From: Yuukianura sp. NJ FZ-2021
Taxonomy: Eukaryota
Length of the DNA: 64,000 nucleotides
Direction: 5' to 3'
Assembly: GCA_046563655.1 (NCBI GenBank)
Contig: CM102289.1
Coordinates: 5,766,001 to 5,830,000 of the forward strand
Below are positions 1 to 13,200 of the stretch, piece by piece. The translations under genes were made by a program, and so were the position numbers. A model generated the notes under the pieces. It ran no database searches, was not told where the DNA came from, and worked only from the letters and a program-made list of their open reading frames with translations. How positions within the stretch are numbered: the first letter of the stretch is position 1; the number at the start of each line of letters is the position of its first letter.

Positions 1-2142
1 GCTATTAATCGACTAAAAGCTACTAAACCCTGCGGATGAACCTACTTTCTCCTAGATTTCCACTAGATACCTCCATTTCGTTTTTTCCCCGCGGTTTTGG
101 TTTTTTAAATTGCTGGTTTCAATTATTGAGCGAAAACTTTCGTCCGTGAATAGTAGTTGCAGTAGCATCTACAGATGGTGGTGGTTTTCAAACAAAACAT
201 TTCTTTTCCATTCAAAATAATTAGATTGTGGTTGAAATTTCAACCTCGCCAAAGTTTAAAACGGAACCTTTTAAACTTTTTCTCGCCAAAATTAGCAAAT
301 CTGCCACGTAGCTGTGCGCTTCAAGCCAGCGAGTACATTTCATCAAAGAAAATATTTGTTATAGTTTAGTCTTTTCGGATTTTTCAAATCATCGGTTTTT
401 GGTATTATCTTTATTAAAATTCATTTCACGCAAAGAAAGTTCGCTGCAGAATTTCAAAATTTCCGTCTTTTTTCAACGAATTGGCTCCACCCACTTTTGA
501 ATTTATTGAAATAGAGATAAAGTAACCAATAGGAAATTAATCCTGATATGGAACAAAAAGAATTGAGATTCAAGTCTTGAAGAAGATGAATGTCATTCAC
601 CTTGACCTGACTTTCTACCTTCGTGTTTCCAGAGGTTTGCATGAGTCCAGTGTAGCACAGTGTTGCCAAATATTTTTCGGGGTTGATACTTTTCCAATTT
701 CTTCAAAGCCTAATGTTCCAGAAAACGACTTTGTAATTTTCTTTTAACATTTGCGAAATTGTTTTGAACCACACTGTACAACACCTTCACTTTTGAGACT
801 TGAGAGAAAGTGGACTTCGTGTGTAATTTTCTCCTTAGGAAAAGGGAATGTAATCTCCTTGGATTTGGATCTGATAAGTGGCTTTTACATCTACTATTTC
901 CAGTTTCACTTTGTAAACCTTCTTATAACCTTCCTAACTCCTGTTCAAATTTTCCCTCCCAAAGTCTGTTCAAAATCTCCCGCCTCCGCAGTCCATTTGG
1001 CAGAACTTAAAATATTAACTCCATTAAGATTAAGGCAGCTTTAACGTCCTTGCTCCTTGCTACTCCTGGCTAGGCGATTTTTTTTTGACCGCTCACTGGG
1101 CCTTCTTGAGTTCTCTTGGGATTCAAAGCTACGCTCCACTCTAGCTTCCTTTTCGAAGATCAGAAAAAGGCGGGAAACGTTAAGCAATGTTAGGTTGGAG
1201 AGAATCTGGCAAAAGGAAAATGACTTTCTGCTAATGCCCCGCTTTTACTGACTTAGTAAGTCACCCACAAACCACAACATAAATATGACGGAGCAACCGG
1301 AAATGTTTCGATTCTGAACGTCTAGAAAGGAAACGCGCCCAGAATTCTCTTCCCGGGAAATTCAAAACTTATAAATTTTTAAGTAAGCTACAGCTTTTCA
1401 GAAAGTGTCTAAAATTTGGAAATTAATGTAATCTGTGCACACAACAGAGAAATGCTTTTTAGATTGCAAAATTAGGTTCTTAAAATTGTTTCTGTCGCTT
1501 TGTAAAGTAAGGGTGTTGGATTTGATTGATAGTGGCGCCAAGAAGTGTTTAAATTCCTTTTGAAATTCAAATTTTGGTTTTAATTTGAACAGTTCTACAA
1601 CTTTTGTTAAAATATTCTTAAACCAAAATTAGCTCGACAAAAACTTTTTTTATTTTATCTTTCATCTAATGTTTGCTTAAGGTTACTAAGTTGAGGCTAC
1701 TTTGACATCAGGTTTGCCAGGCTTAATAGAATACTAAATGATGTACATACAAAAGTGAATGAACTTATTGAATTTCTAATGAAAATGTTGTCGAAACTCG
1801 TTTCCTGCGACAAATCTATTTTTGCAAAACCTATAAATGTCACTTTGCGTTTGGAATTTTCCGCCACAACTTTTTCCTTTGTGTGGATACGGGCCCTATG
1901 CCTGAATTGGCTTTGTGTGTAGCCTAGTGGTAGTCGCGGTTTGGTTTTCGTGTTCTAAAAGAAACTTTTTTCTTTTCCTGCTACTTACTCCACTTTCTTT
2001 TTTTTTGTTGCGTTTTTCTCGTTTTGCAAAATTCCCGTACGGTTGCAAATTACATAGTAGTGGTTTAGAGAAGGCTAGAAGCAGCGTGTACGATTCCAGT
2101 AAAAAGGAGAATTCAACGTAACTAACAGAAACGCGTTTCAAC

Positions 2143-2172
2143 GGTTAGGTTGGGCGTATGTTAGGTTAGGTT
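2143..2172 (+). repeat. Short degenerate (TTAGG)n-like tract; similar tracts near 4190-4232, 4697-4760, 11308-11340 (minus) and 41700-41728
   Basis: ggttaggttgggcgtatgttaggttaggtt visible directly; only 2-4 units per site. Confidence 0.4.
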
Positions 2173-5100
2173 TATCGCTGGACTGGATCAGAAAGCCCGG
2201 CGGGTTGTGGGTTGTGGAGAAAGCAGGGAGCCTTTTGCCTTCAAGTGACAGGAAGACTGATTGATTCCGTTGCGGTCCATTCCTGTGTTTCTGTAAATGC
2301 TATGAACCTACATTAATAACGTAGTGTTTTGAATTCTGAATGTGTTAGCACCAAAATTTAGAACATAAATGAGCTATTCATTGTGTCGGTGTTTTTAGTC
2401 TTGGTTTTAGCACAATACTAACACTAAGACTAACATAAATGCATCCACATTCCACAGAATTCAAACAAAGAAGAAAGAGTTTTAGAGTATGGAGGAGACA
2501 GGTCTAGGAAAAATTAGGTGACGCAACCAGAAAAGAAAAGACAAAACTAAGGGTGGGAATGCAGGAAAGGAAAAAAACGATTCTTTTGGAAAGCGCAGAA
2601 TTTTGTGTTTTTCAAATTCAGTTTGGAATTTCCAAAAAGAGTAAGTTGAGAATTTTAGAAAGAATTTCGTCCATTTTGTTTATTTAAGGATTCTCTGCTT
2701 TTAGAACTTTTGAAATTCCGTTCCATTTTAAAATACAAGTGGGTTTAAGAATTTCAAATTTTCTGGACTCAAATACAGTTTACGAAAGCCCCCAAGCGGA
2801 AATTGCGAAAAAAAGAAAAGGAAAAAATTGACATTTTGAAAAGAGTTGTGAGTTTGACGACTTCCCGCTTTATACATTTTCTTTGTACTTGAGTTTGTAG
2901 CTCTTCGTCATGGGTTTAACGTTTATGGTTTCAAATGTCAAATTCTACAAAATCCGCTCTGTGCAGTTCATGAAAACGAGTAGCCCAGAGCAAATATTTT
3001 TCAAGACAAAGAGCGACAGAAGTGACGATGAAAGTCAACTAGTTTTGAAGTTGAAATGGAAAATGGATGAGTGCGGGAAAATACCGATGGATTTAAAATA
3101 CAGACCTCATTGGGTCAGAAGAGTGAAAGTAACTTCTGCTTTAAGTAAAAAAAGTTATGGTGCAACCCAACTTTTTCCTGTCCTACTTCTCGTTTCAGCA
3201 TTTTCTTTTTGGCAAAGGGGATGTGAAATGCGTTTCAAATGTGAAATTTGAAAAAATAAAGCAGGGTTTCGTTGTTAGGTGCCTATTCAATTCTAATCTT
3301 TCTCCTTGGTTTCCTCTTTTTACTCGAGGGAATGTTTGGATGGAGGGAAGGAGTAGGCGGGAGAAAGGAAAATTGATTTCTTTTTCTGAAGTCCCGGGGG
3401 AAACTAAAGCTTTTTCTTCACAATTAAAGTCTGGGAAGTTTAAAAGATTTTGAGAAGAGACAAAGTTCCAGAGTTCGTTTCGAAAAAGAATTATCATTCC
3501 TATAAACCTGTTTACAAGATTCTACAATTCTGAAACATTCTTTTTTTACTTTTGGAAAAAATATAGAATTTTTGAAATAATACCGGAAATTACGAGCTCC
3601 CGCAATCCGATTTCCCTTCGCTTCTAATTAACAAAATTTTCAAATTCCCTTAAATTAAATTTGAAATCTTAAGGAAATTAGATTTAAATCTCGATTTCCC
3701 TTACTGTGCGAATTCCAAATTTCAAAACTATTCGAGGACAATTTCCATAAAATCAGCCACTCTCCAGCTCACTTTCTCCCTAATTTTGAATTTTCTTCAA
3801 AAACAAATCCTGTTTCTCCATTCAATTAATTTTGATTCAAAATTTTGATTTACTGCAAAACTTTAGAACTTTTGCAACTCCAAAACAAAGAAGAAAAGTT
3901 TTCCATTTTCTATGCAGTTTTGATAGAAATTTCAAAATGCTTCGCAATAAGATGGCATTTGGACCTTCAGGATGGCTTTTCCATTTGTGTCGAAAACTAA
4001 ACTGAAGATTTTAAAACTGAATTGTTGAAATTTGAATAGTTGCAGAACTATTGAGGGGTTGAAAAGAAAGGCTGTCAGAGGCGTTGCAAGCAACTTTTAC
4101 GGAGTTTGACATTGCGCTATTGTTTGCGTCTGAAATGTAGCTCGAGCACAACTCTGTAAGGAATTTGGGTTGCTCTTGATCATGTTTAGGCAGAAGTTGG
4201 TGTTGGGTTGAAGTTAGGCTGGTGTTAGGTTGGTGAGTGTCCGTTATAAATAATTGAGACAGGACGTGTTGGTGAATAATAGATTAATTTGAAAACACAA
4301 TGCCTTGCTCTGTCGTCTTACCCAAAGATCCTCTTCTGCCTTTCCAATACTTTCTCCTTTGTTTTCACCCGCCATTCTCATCCGATTCAAATATTGGTTG
4401 GTGGCCAGGGTTTCACATTGCCTGAACTCATCCCTTTTCCAGGGCACTACAAACATTGAGTCAAATGCAATGTCTGACAACATAACCTTACTGAAACATC
4501 TTTAGGTGTTTGTTAGTTGAAAGCTCATTAACGCTTAACTTCAAAAATTAACATTTCCGATTTTAAAAGTAAGTTGGTATTAATTTTTGTAAAATTTTAC
4601 GAAACAACTTGAGATCGTTGGAAGTTTTAATCTCCTTATTTTGGACATGGTTGTTTTTGACATACTTCGACGGGTTCTGGGATGACATGCCCAAGCTAGG
4701 CTGTGAGTTAGGCATAGTTAGGTTTCGTTGATTAAGTTACTTCGGCTATGTCAGGTTGGTTATGTTCATTCTCCGGTTGAAGTGTTTGGCTAACCCTGTT
4801 GGTTGTTTGGCTGCGAAATATTGGAGAGAACTTGTGTACTCCGGTTTAAGATCTGTTTTCCTTTGTGTTTCTTCGCATCTTCCACTCGACGTGATCTTTA
4901 CGTTTGGTTGTTGTGGGATCTTTGTGGCCATCGTCGTGCCCAAAGATTACAAGATAAATGGCGGGAACAGAGAGTGTGGTCGCCATTGTTAAGATCGTCC
5001 ACTTGAATTGGCCTATGAGAACTTAAATACTAACAAAGTTTGCCTGTAGTATAATTAATCTTCCCGCTTTTCTTGCCTGACAACATTCGGTTTTCTGATT

Positions 5101-7266
5101 AAGCTCCTTCTTACTTTTAAAGTTTCAAATAGCGGATTGCCACAACTTACAACCTCTGATCGCATTATTTCAAAATTGTTCAACTTTCAAAACGTTGAAT
5201 TTTCCTTTGTCTTGCTTTAACCGCTGAGAAAACGGAAATTTCCGAGGATTGGTTCTAAGTATTCCAACGAATTTAAAATCAATCCTCGAACTCGTAAAAA
5301 TTTTTGTCCGAAGTTTTACAGAATCTTCCTAAAAAAAATTTTGAGAGACAAAAAAATCCAGCAGAAGGTAAGTACCGTAGAAAGAAGTTAGTGATCTCCG
5401 TCGGCCCGATTTTTTTGTGATTTGTTGTTTGCCGACTTTTCCAAATCGGCAATTCGTCTTCATTTGAGTCAATTTTTAGATCTTGGATACACCCTAAAAA
5501 ATTTGAATGCGGTTTAGAAATCCTTTTTTTTTTGGTGAGCGCTGATTTGAATCTGTGAGATTTTCAACGAGTCAATAACGATTTCTCTATTGGGAGGAAA
5601 AGTTGCCTCATAAATTCAAAACGGAAAACTTTTCTTTGAGCTTTTGTTACAAAAAGTTTTTATCCCTCGGCTCATGATCTCAAAAAACAGATTTTCAACA
5701 AACAGTTGCTAAATCTCTGCCTTAAGGTTTCGAAATGTGTCTCAGCCAGTTGATATTTCTCGTCAAAATTTTTTATTCATCTCTCTTAAGCAAGTATTTT
5801 TCTTTTATAGAATGTTAGAAAAATGGAAGATGAATTTGACAGTTCAAAAAGATGTGAAAATCAAAGCAGATGTTGGGAAGCATCTGGTTTTTTGGAAGAT
5901 CTTTTCTGAGGGGAAATCTGTGTCAAATGACACTTGCTTTCTTTTGTTCCATTTCCAACCTCTCCATGGACTCAAAAGATGAACTTTTAGAGTTCTTTTT
6001 GAATATTTTAAAACTAAAAACATAATTCCTTTCTTGTGCTTTTCTCTCCATTGAGTTCCTTTTGCCCTTCGTAACATACCATTTCACATTATGAATATAA
6101 AGAGTGGAGAAAGCAGAGTTGAGAGAGTTTTGGGAAGAATTTTCAAAAAAAGAGTATTCGAGAAATGAATTTTTAAAAGGCCCTCTCGCATTTTATCCTC
6201 TGCGTTCTTAGCAGCCGGAGAAAGATGAACTTTCGCCTGGAGAAAGCAAGAACTTTTTGTTTTCCACATTTTTTCTTGTTTCAAAAAGCGTACTTGTTTT
6301 GTTTGAATGTTTGAAAATGAACCGCAGGTGGGCGGTAAAACTCTTTGTTCTATGAAAGTTAATCAGGAAATTTTCCTTCTTTTTGTTTACGCGCAGTAAA
6401 CGTCGTCTAACAACAAGACATCGAAAATCCTTTCAAAAATATTGCAGTATTCAAATATTTAAATGCTCAAAAAGTGTGCGCACTATTAAAAAAATACAAT
6501 AATTAAAACATTAATAAGAGCAGGCATTATTTCAAAATTACATTGCACGAAATAGTGTCGGTAGTATACAATATAACTTGAATCTTCCCGCATTTCTTGT
6601 CACATCAAAATTTATTCACTACACAAGCGTTATCTCGGTTTTTTAAACTAAAACTTTCATTCTTCGAGAAAGCAAAAATTGGGCTAGTTTCTTTTCAAGC
6701 TGCGTAATCCTCTTTACGGCGCGCACGACTCTAAACTAAAAAGAAATCAGAAAAGGTAGTAAAACTGTCTAAAAAAATTTTCCGCTCGTGTACTAGTTTT
6801 TGCATACAAACAAAGTTTTTGTTCATTCCTTTTCACTCATGGTCTTTTTCTCGCCAAAAAACTTTTAAAACTTTTCTTGAACAAGATTTGTTTTGTTGAA
6901 TTTCAACTTTCTTCTTGTAAAACATTTGTTACAGACAAGCTGTTAACAAAAACTTTTTTGGTGTGAAACCTCTCTACCTCACTTGTTGCGACATGGGAAA
7001 TCTGTTCTCCCAAAAAAGTAACTACGGTGAGCGCCAACTTTCAAAAAAGCACATCTACGTGTCAGGGACTTTGCCACCATAAATAATTGAGCCAACTGGC
7101 GACATTTCTAACACACTCGGGTAGACCATCTTTGGCAGTTCGGCTAACGACGTTTGCATCGTAACGACGTCACTCTGTTTCCTCTTTGTTCCAATTTTGG
7201 CGCGCCTAACAAATAATTCAAGTGTCCATTATTTCAATTCTGCCACTTCTTCTTTGCTTTTTCCAG

Positions 7267-10200
7267 ACATTCTGTGTCCTGACGAACAAGTTTGGGAAAA
7301 CGTACGTCTGTCGCTACTCTGCGACACGCTCGCTCTTCCTGTTCACTCCGTTGAACTACTTGCGTCGCCTCTGCATCTACATCATTTCCCATCCACTCTT
7401 TGACGTCCTCATCATGCTCACTATTCTCGCCAATTGCGTTGCTCTGGCGACAGATACGAAGAGGGTAATCCTCAATCCATTCACTGGTCTCTGGGAAATC
7501 AAGGAAGACGACCTACCCAAGTATCTCGAGTGAGTCATTCAAAATAATTGACTTTTAAAAAAATACATCCTGAATTCACATATGACTTTTTGCGAAGTAT
7601 ATTTCTAAGCGTAAGTTTGGAGTTCACAAAAAGAAAGAGAAAGCTGTAAATTCTGCCAACGATTGTTGTAACCCCAAAATTTTTACCTCACGCTCATTCC
7701 GTCAAAACTTTTATAACTATAATCTTAATCAAAAATATTTCACGAAACATTTTTGAAATATTTTATGAAACGTTTCAGTCAAACAGAACTTTTATATTCG
7801 ACGTTTTTTTAAAATTACGCTTATAGCAATGCTAACAAAATTGCGCATTTTGAGACGTTTGACAATCAAATTGAAATGATAAGTGTGGTTTCTCTAAAGA
7901 ATTTTTAATTTTCTGTTGAAATTTTTTTCAGGATCATGTTTTTGGTAATCTACTCAGTTGAAATGGTTTTGAAAGTGATTGCAAAAGGATTCGTGTTCAA
8001 TAAGTTTTCGTATCTACGAAATGGCTGGAACATATTGGATTTCACGGTGGTTTGGTTGGGGTATTTCACTGAAATCCAGACGGCGGCATCTAATTCTACA
8101 GCGAGTACAAAACACACAACTGATACAATTCAAATCCTCCGCACATTCCGTGTCCTTCGAGCCATCAAGACAATTTCTATTCTTCCAGGTGAGTTAAGCA
8201 AGCGACGACATGATACCTGCGCAGTACACTTCTGGGCAGCATGATCAAATTGTGTGTAATTTTACCTAACAGGACTGCGTATGATGATAAACGCTTTGAT
8301 GAATGCCATAATCCAACTGGTGGAAGTGATGCTGCTCACATTCTTTTGTCTCTGTATCTTCTCTCTGTTTGCTCTTGAAATTTTCATGGGCAAATTCCAT
8401 CAAGTCTGTGTTTTGATCCGTGGAAGTCAAACGGCAAACAATTTGATTTTGGCCGGCGGAAATTGGTCTACACAACCAATTGACCCAAATTCACCCTTGG
8501 CTGACTACGAGTACAAGACGTAAGGGCATTGAAATTGCAAAACTCAAAAAATATCATATTCTGAACAGGACGTAAATTACTTTGACAAAGAAGATGGATC
8601 TGGCAGGAAAACATTCGAAATGTTTTTAAATTTTATTAGATGGATCCATAATCCAGAGAATTGGCAGAGACGGTCCTTTCCTAAAGACGAATTTGTCGTA
8701 TGCTCCAATGAAACGGAGGGAAGGTAATTTTGTTTGACAATTTGATTGCCAGATCACTTGAGCAAAAAAATGATGATGAATTGTTCATTTTTTTAAGAAA
8801 CGTTTTTGAAATTTGAAATCGCAGGCTCTGCCCGCCAGATTACGTTTGTCTTCCTGACTTGGCTGAAAATCCAGACAACGGATGGACTTCCTTTGATCAC
8901 TTTGGTTTGTCAATGCTAAGCACTCTCCAGCTTCTGACACTAGACTACTGGGAGCGTCTGTATGAGCTGGTGAGTGACCTTTGATCTCTTTTGAAATTTC
9001 GATTTTGTTTTGAAAAAAGAAATTTTGGTGTGCTAGGTCATGTCCACTGTTGGTCCTTGGAGCTTAATATTTTTCATTGGTGTGATCTTCTTCGGTTCCT
9101 TTTATCTTCTCAACTTAATGTTGGCCGTCGTCGCCATGAGTTATGAAGCAGAGGCCCAGAGTTCTCAGCTCGTAAAATAAAAAATATCGTACTTTTCATT
9201 TGAATTTTGGAATTTCATAAAGAGAATGTGAACATTTTCAATTTTTTTCAGAAACCGCTAAGCAAACACCAAAAATTGACTCTTCACCGCTCTCATTCTA
9301 CGTTCAGCTTCGACGAACCAATGAAATTAAACATCCAAGTTCTGACTGCCGCGTCTCATCGCCGTACTCCAGCGGAACGCATGGCTCTTGCCAAAAAACT
9401 TCGGAACGCCTCAATGGGTAAACGAAAGAAACGACGAGCGTTTCGTCGGAAACCGGCACCGAAGGCCGGTAGTGCTAGTGACGGTGGGGGGAGTAACTTA
9501 GGGACTGGTGGGGCTTCATCTCCGGCGGGGCGGAGTGCATGTGGGTCATTGTCAGGGTCACTCTATGGTGGGTTAAGTGGGTTTGAAGGTGGAGCTTCTC
9601 CACTGCCACCACGGAAGCGGGAGAGACCTAAAAGGAACAAGGCTCTTATGAGTGGGGTTTTAGGGGAGAGGCCAGTGTATGTTCAAAAACCGAAAAGTGC
9701 TCCAGCACCCCCGCCTCATGCATCAGCAATGTCATCCGGTTCCAAGACAAAACCGAAACGAATTGTGACTATAGACGAAGGTGACCGTGTAGTGAGCGTT
9801 ATTCCGCGTAAGGTCACGAAAGATCAGTTTGAGAAAGTGGCTAGTGTAGACTCTGGTGTGGCGGATGTGGCTAAACCTAGTGGGGGAGGGGGGATACGTG
9901 TCAGTGCCCGGGTCAAAAGTGCTCCGCGATCGGACGATACTGAAGAAACTCGTTTTTATTTAGAAACGGAACCGTCTTTTATGGCCCGAAAGTCACGACG
10001 TAAGAAAGGAGTTATACATGACGCCGTTCTGCGAATGTTGGGACGTCGTATGACCACGGATCCTGACGTCGAGGTAGGAGGCACCGCTGCTCAACCGACA
10101 CCAAGTGAGTATATTCGATTCAAACACTAAAACCGATACTGTTTTCCTTGGACCGATATTAAACGTGTCGTTTCGTAGGTGATGCTGCAGAAACGATCAA

Positions 10201-13200
10201 GCAAAATGTCGAAAGTTTAGGAACTTCCGCACCAGAAGAATCGAAACATCCAGCTCACGCGGAGCACGCCGGTCACGTAAGTAAAATTTCTGACTTCGTC
10301 TAAATACCGTAAAGAAAGCGAACCAAATTTAGACCATTTACGGTATTCCGTCCTGGGGTTTGATATTTAGGCACTGGAATCCGACATTTCCGTGGATTTG
10401 ACGGCATCTAGTCGAAGTAGTCTTCGTATTGGTGATGCTTTTCGTCCCCACTTGACCGCAGAAAATACAAGTAAGTTAGAATTAATGAGTCAAGAGTCAA
10501 GCATTTTGACTCATGAGTCAATTGATTCAATTGTCGGTTTCAGAAACGCGTGATACTCGTAATATGAGCCAATCGAACCAAGTCTTTCATCAAATGAAAC
10601 TCCGACTCGATCCAATTGTGACTCACTGGGGTTTCGAGTCCTTCATTACAACATGCATCATCATCAACACTATTCTCCTGGCGTCCGAACATCATGAACA
10701 ACCGCAGTGGCTCACTGACACCATAAGCACTGGGAGTCACGTGAGTATTTTCAACCAATCACAGCAGGCGGCCAATTTAAACTTGTACAAATTTCAATTG
10801 GATTTAACTTTTGGCGCTTTCCAGTGCTTCACTGCCGTCTTTACACTGGAGTGTGTCATCAAAATTGTCGCACTTCAAAGAAATTACTTTTCTCAACCAT
10901 GGAACATCTTTGACCTCTGCATGGTTTTCATCAGTTTTGCTGATATCACGCTCGACAAGGTTTTGGAAGATGGTGGTTTCGCTTTTCGAGTCTTCCGTCT
11001 CGTAATGCCCCCAAAAAAATCTGACAAAGTTTGTGACAATGTGATGCCCTTTATTTTTTGATTTTTAAATTTTGAAACATATTTTTCCATAGTTGCGTAT
11101 TTTCAAATTGGCTCAAAGTTGGATCACCATGAAGGTTCTGCTGAACATTATTTTCTCTACGTTCGGTGCCTTGGGAAACCTCACTCTCGTGCTGGTCATC
11201 TTCATTTACATCTTCGCCATCTTGGGAATGCAAATTCTGGGTGACGGATTTCTTCCGCCGAATTTTGAAGTCGAGTCGACAGACAGCGAGGGATATCCAA
11301 GGTAAGTTAACCTAATTAACCTAACCAAAAACCTAACTTGATTAAACTAATCTAATCCGCAAACAGAATTTAACAGCAAAGGCACTCATGTTTTTAGATG
11401 GCACTTTCAAGACTTTGGGCACGCCTTCATGATGATTTTCCGAGTTATTGCACAGGAATGGATAGAGCCGTTGGGAGAGTGTTTAGACGCCCATGATGGT
11501 GGTGCTGAAGTAACTAAAGCAGTTTCTTCAAACTTTGAATTCCGGGTTTTCAAAATTTTGAAATTTTTTTGAAATTTTCAGTGGCGCTGTTTTGTGATCT
11601 ACATTCCTGTTCTAGTCTTTGGGACATTTATTGTCCTCAATCTCTTTTTGGCCCTGTTGCTCAACAGCTTCAATTCACAAGAGCTTAAGGCCCAGCGTGA
11701 AGTAAGCCTGCAGAATATGTCCGAAAATTTTGGTTTAAAATTTTGACAAACCTGGACTTTTTACAAAGTTTCAAAATTTTCTGACAGAAAGAGAAAGAGT
11801 TGTCTGGAAAGTCAGATACGCTAAAAAATATTGTGGGAATGCTGATTGCCAAAAATCGAAAAGCAATGATAGCTCTACCGGCAATTGTTGCTGCGGCTTC
11901 TGAGCAGGCGCAAGTCGAAGGCCGTCCAGGTCATGGCGTAAGTACATTTACTGTTTATATGCTAGGCTGAGACGCTAGGTTACGCTGTGCCTGAACTTGA
12001 CTTGTGCATAAACACCAACATCAGAAGTAGAATTTGCAAAGGAATCAAATATTTAGCAATTTCAGCAAGTTTGCACTAGTCAGCACTGCCAAACACATCA
12101 CTCATCTCACCAATCACCGCCATCGGGATTCGATCTCACGTATCTGTAACTTCATCACACGTTGTTTCATATTTGACTTTGACCTACGGTGACCCAGTTT
12201 TGATTCATGTGCATCTTGTAACTTGTGAATGCCTCACATAAGATGCCAAAATCAACTTGACCTATTGACCTTTACAAAATAAATAACGAAATGTAATTTC
12301 CACATTCCCTCGCAGATGAAATCAAATGCTAGCCGATTGAACCAACAAGAATTAGCTCGTCGTCAACTTGCAAAACAGAGATTTGTTGATGCCGCCAAGA
12401 AAATAATTCTGAAAAATCGGAAAGCTGCGGCAATTCGTGCAATTCGTCGAGCAGAAGAAGGACTCAACGAACTCGAAAAATCTCGACTTCATCCTCAATT
12501 AGTTTTTGTCAAGAATCCACTCCTGGAAGCCAACAACGTTGACCCTGACGTACTAAAACTAACGAATGGAACAGGGAACCATTTGTCATGTCATAAAAGG
12601 TCAAAGGTCACGATTAATTTTTTGTTTCGTTTTTGGTTTCAAACTTAGGCGGTGAGTATGAAATCTGAAATTGATGAGACGATGCCTGCCAACTGTTTGC
12701 CCGAATGCCTTGTCCGTCATCACTCAATCTGCTGCAACTACATTCGAAAGGCTCCGTTCATTCGGTGGACTCGGTTTCGCACGATGTGTCTCCGGATTGT
12801 GAGCAACAACGTTTTTGAATGGACAATTTTGGCACTCATCATGGCTTCGAGTCTGACACTGTGCTTTGAGGACGTCCATCTTGAAGAGAGACCAACTCTA
12901 AAACTTTGGTTGTTCATTCTAAATACAATTTTTACGACAATATTCGTCGTGGAGATGCTGCTCAAGTGGTGTGCTCTGGGACTCGTTCGCTACTTTACCA
13001 GTTTCTGGACACTTCTGGACGTTTTCATTGTCACAGTAAGATACAAGTTTGTAATTAGTAGAATATGTTAAGTTAAGTTAAACTTTCTTAAGGTTTATTG
13101 AACTATAACTTACCTGAATTAGGTTAGCGTGGTTTCGTTGGGCTTTGACATTCAGAATCGGAATTGGGAGCCTTTGATTGGAAAAAGGAAGTCTGCCGTA

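Noticed and set aside
1..6900. Many 60-110 aa ORFs, and an open frame ending at the donor near 5368
   Set aside because: No recognisable motifs and composition typical of AT-rich intergenic or intronic DNA. The 5221-5367 frame has no ATG and may be a UTR exon.
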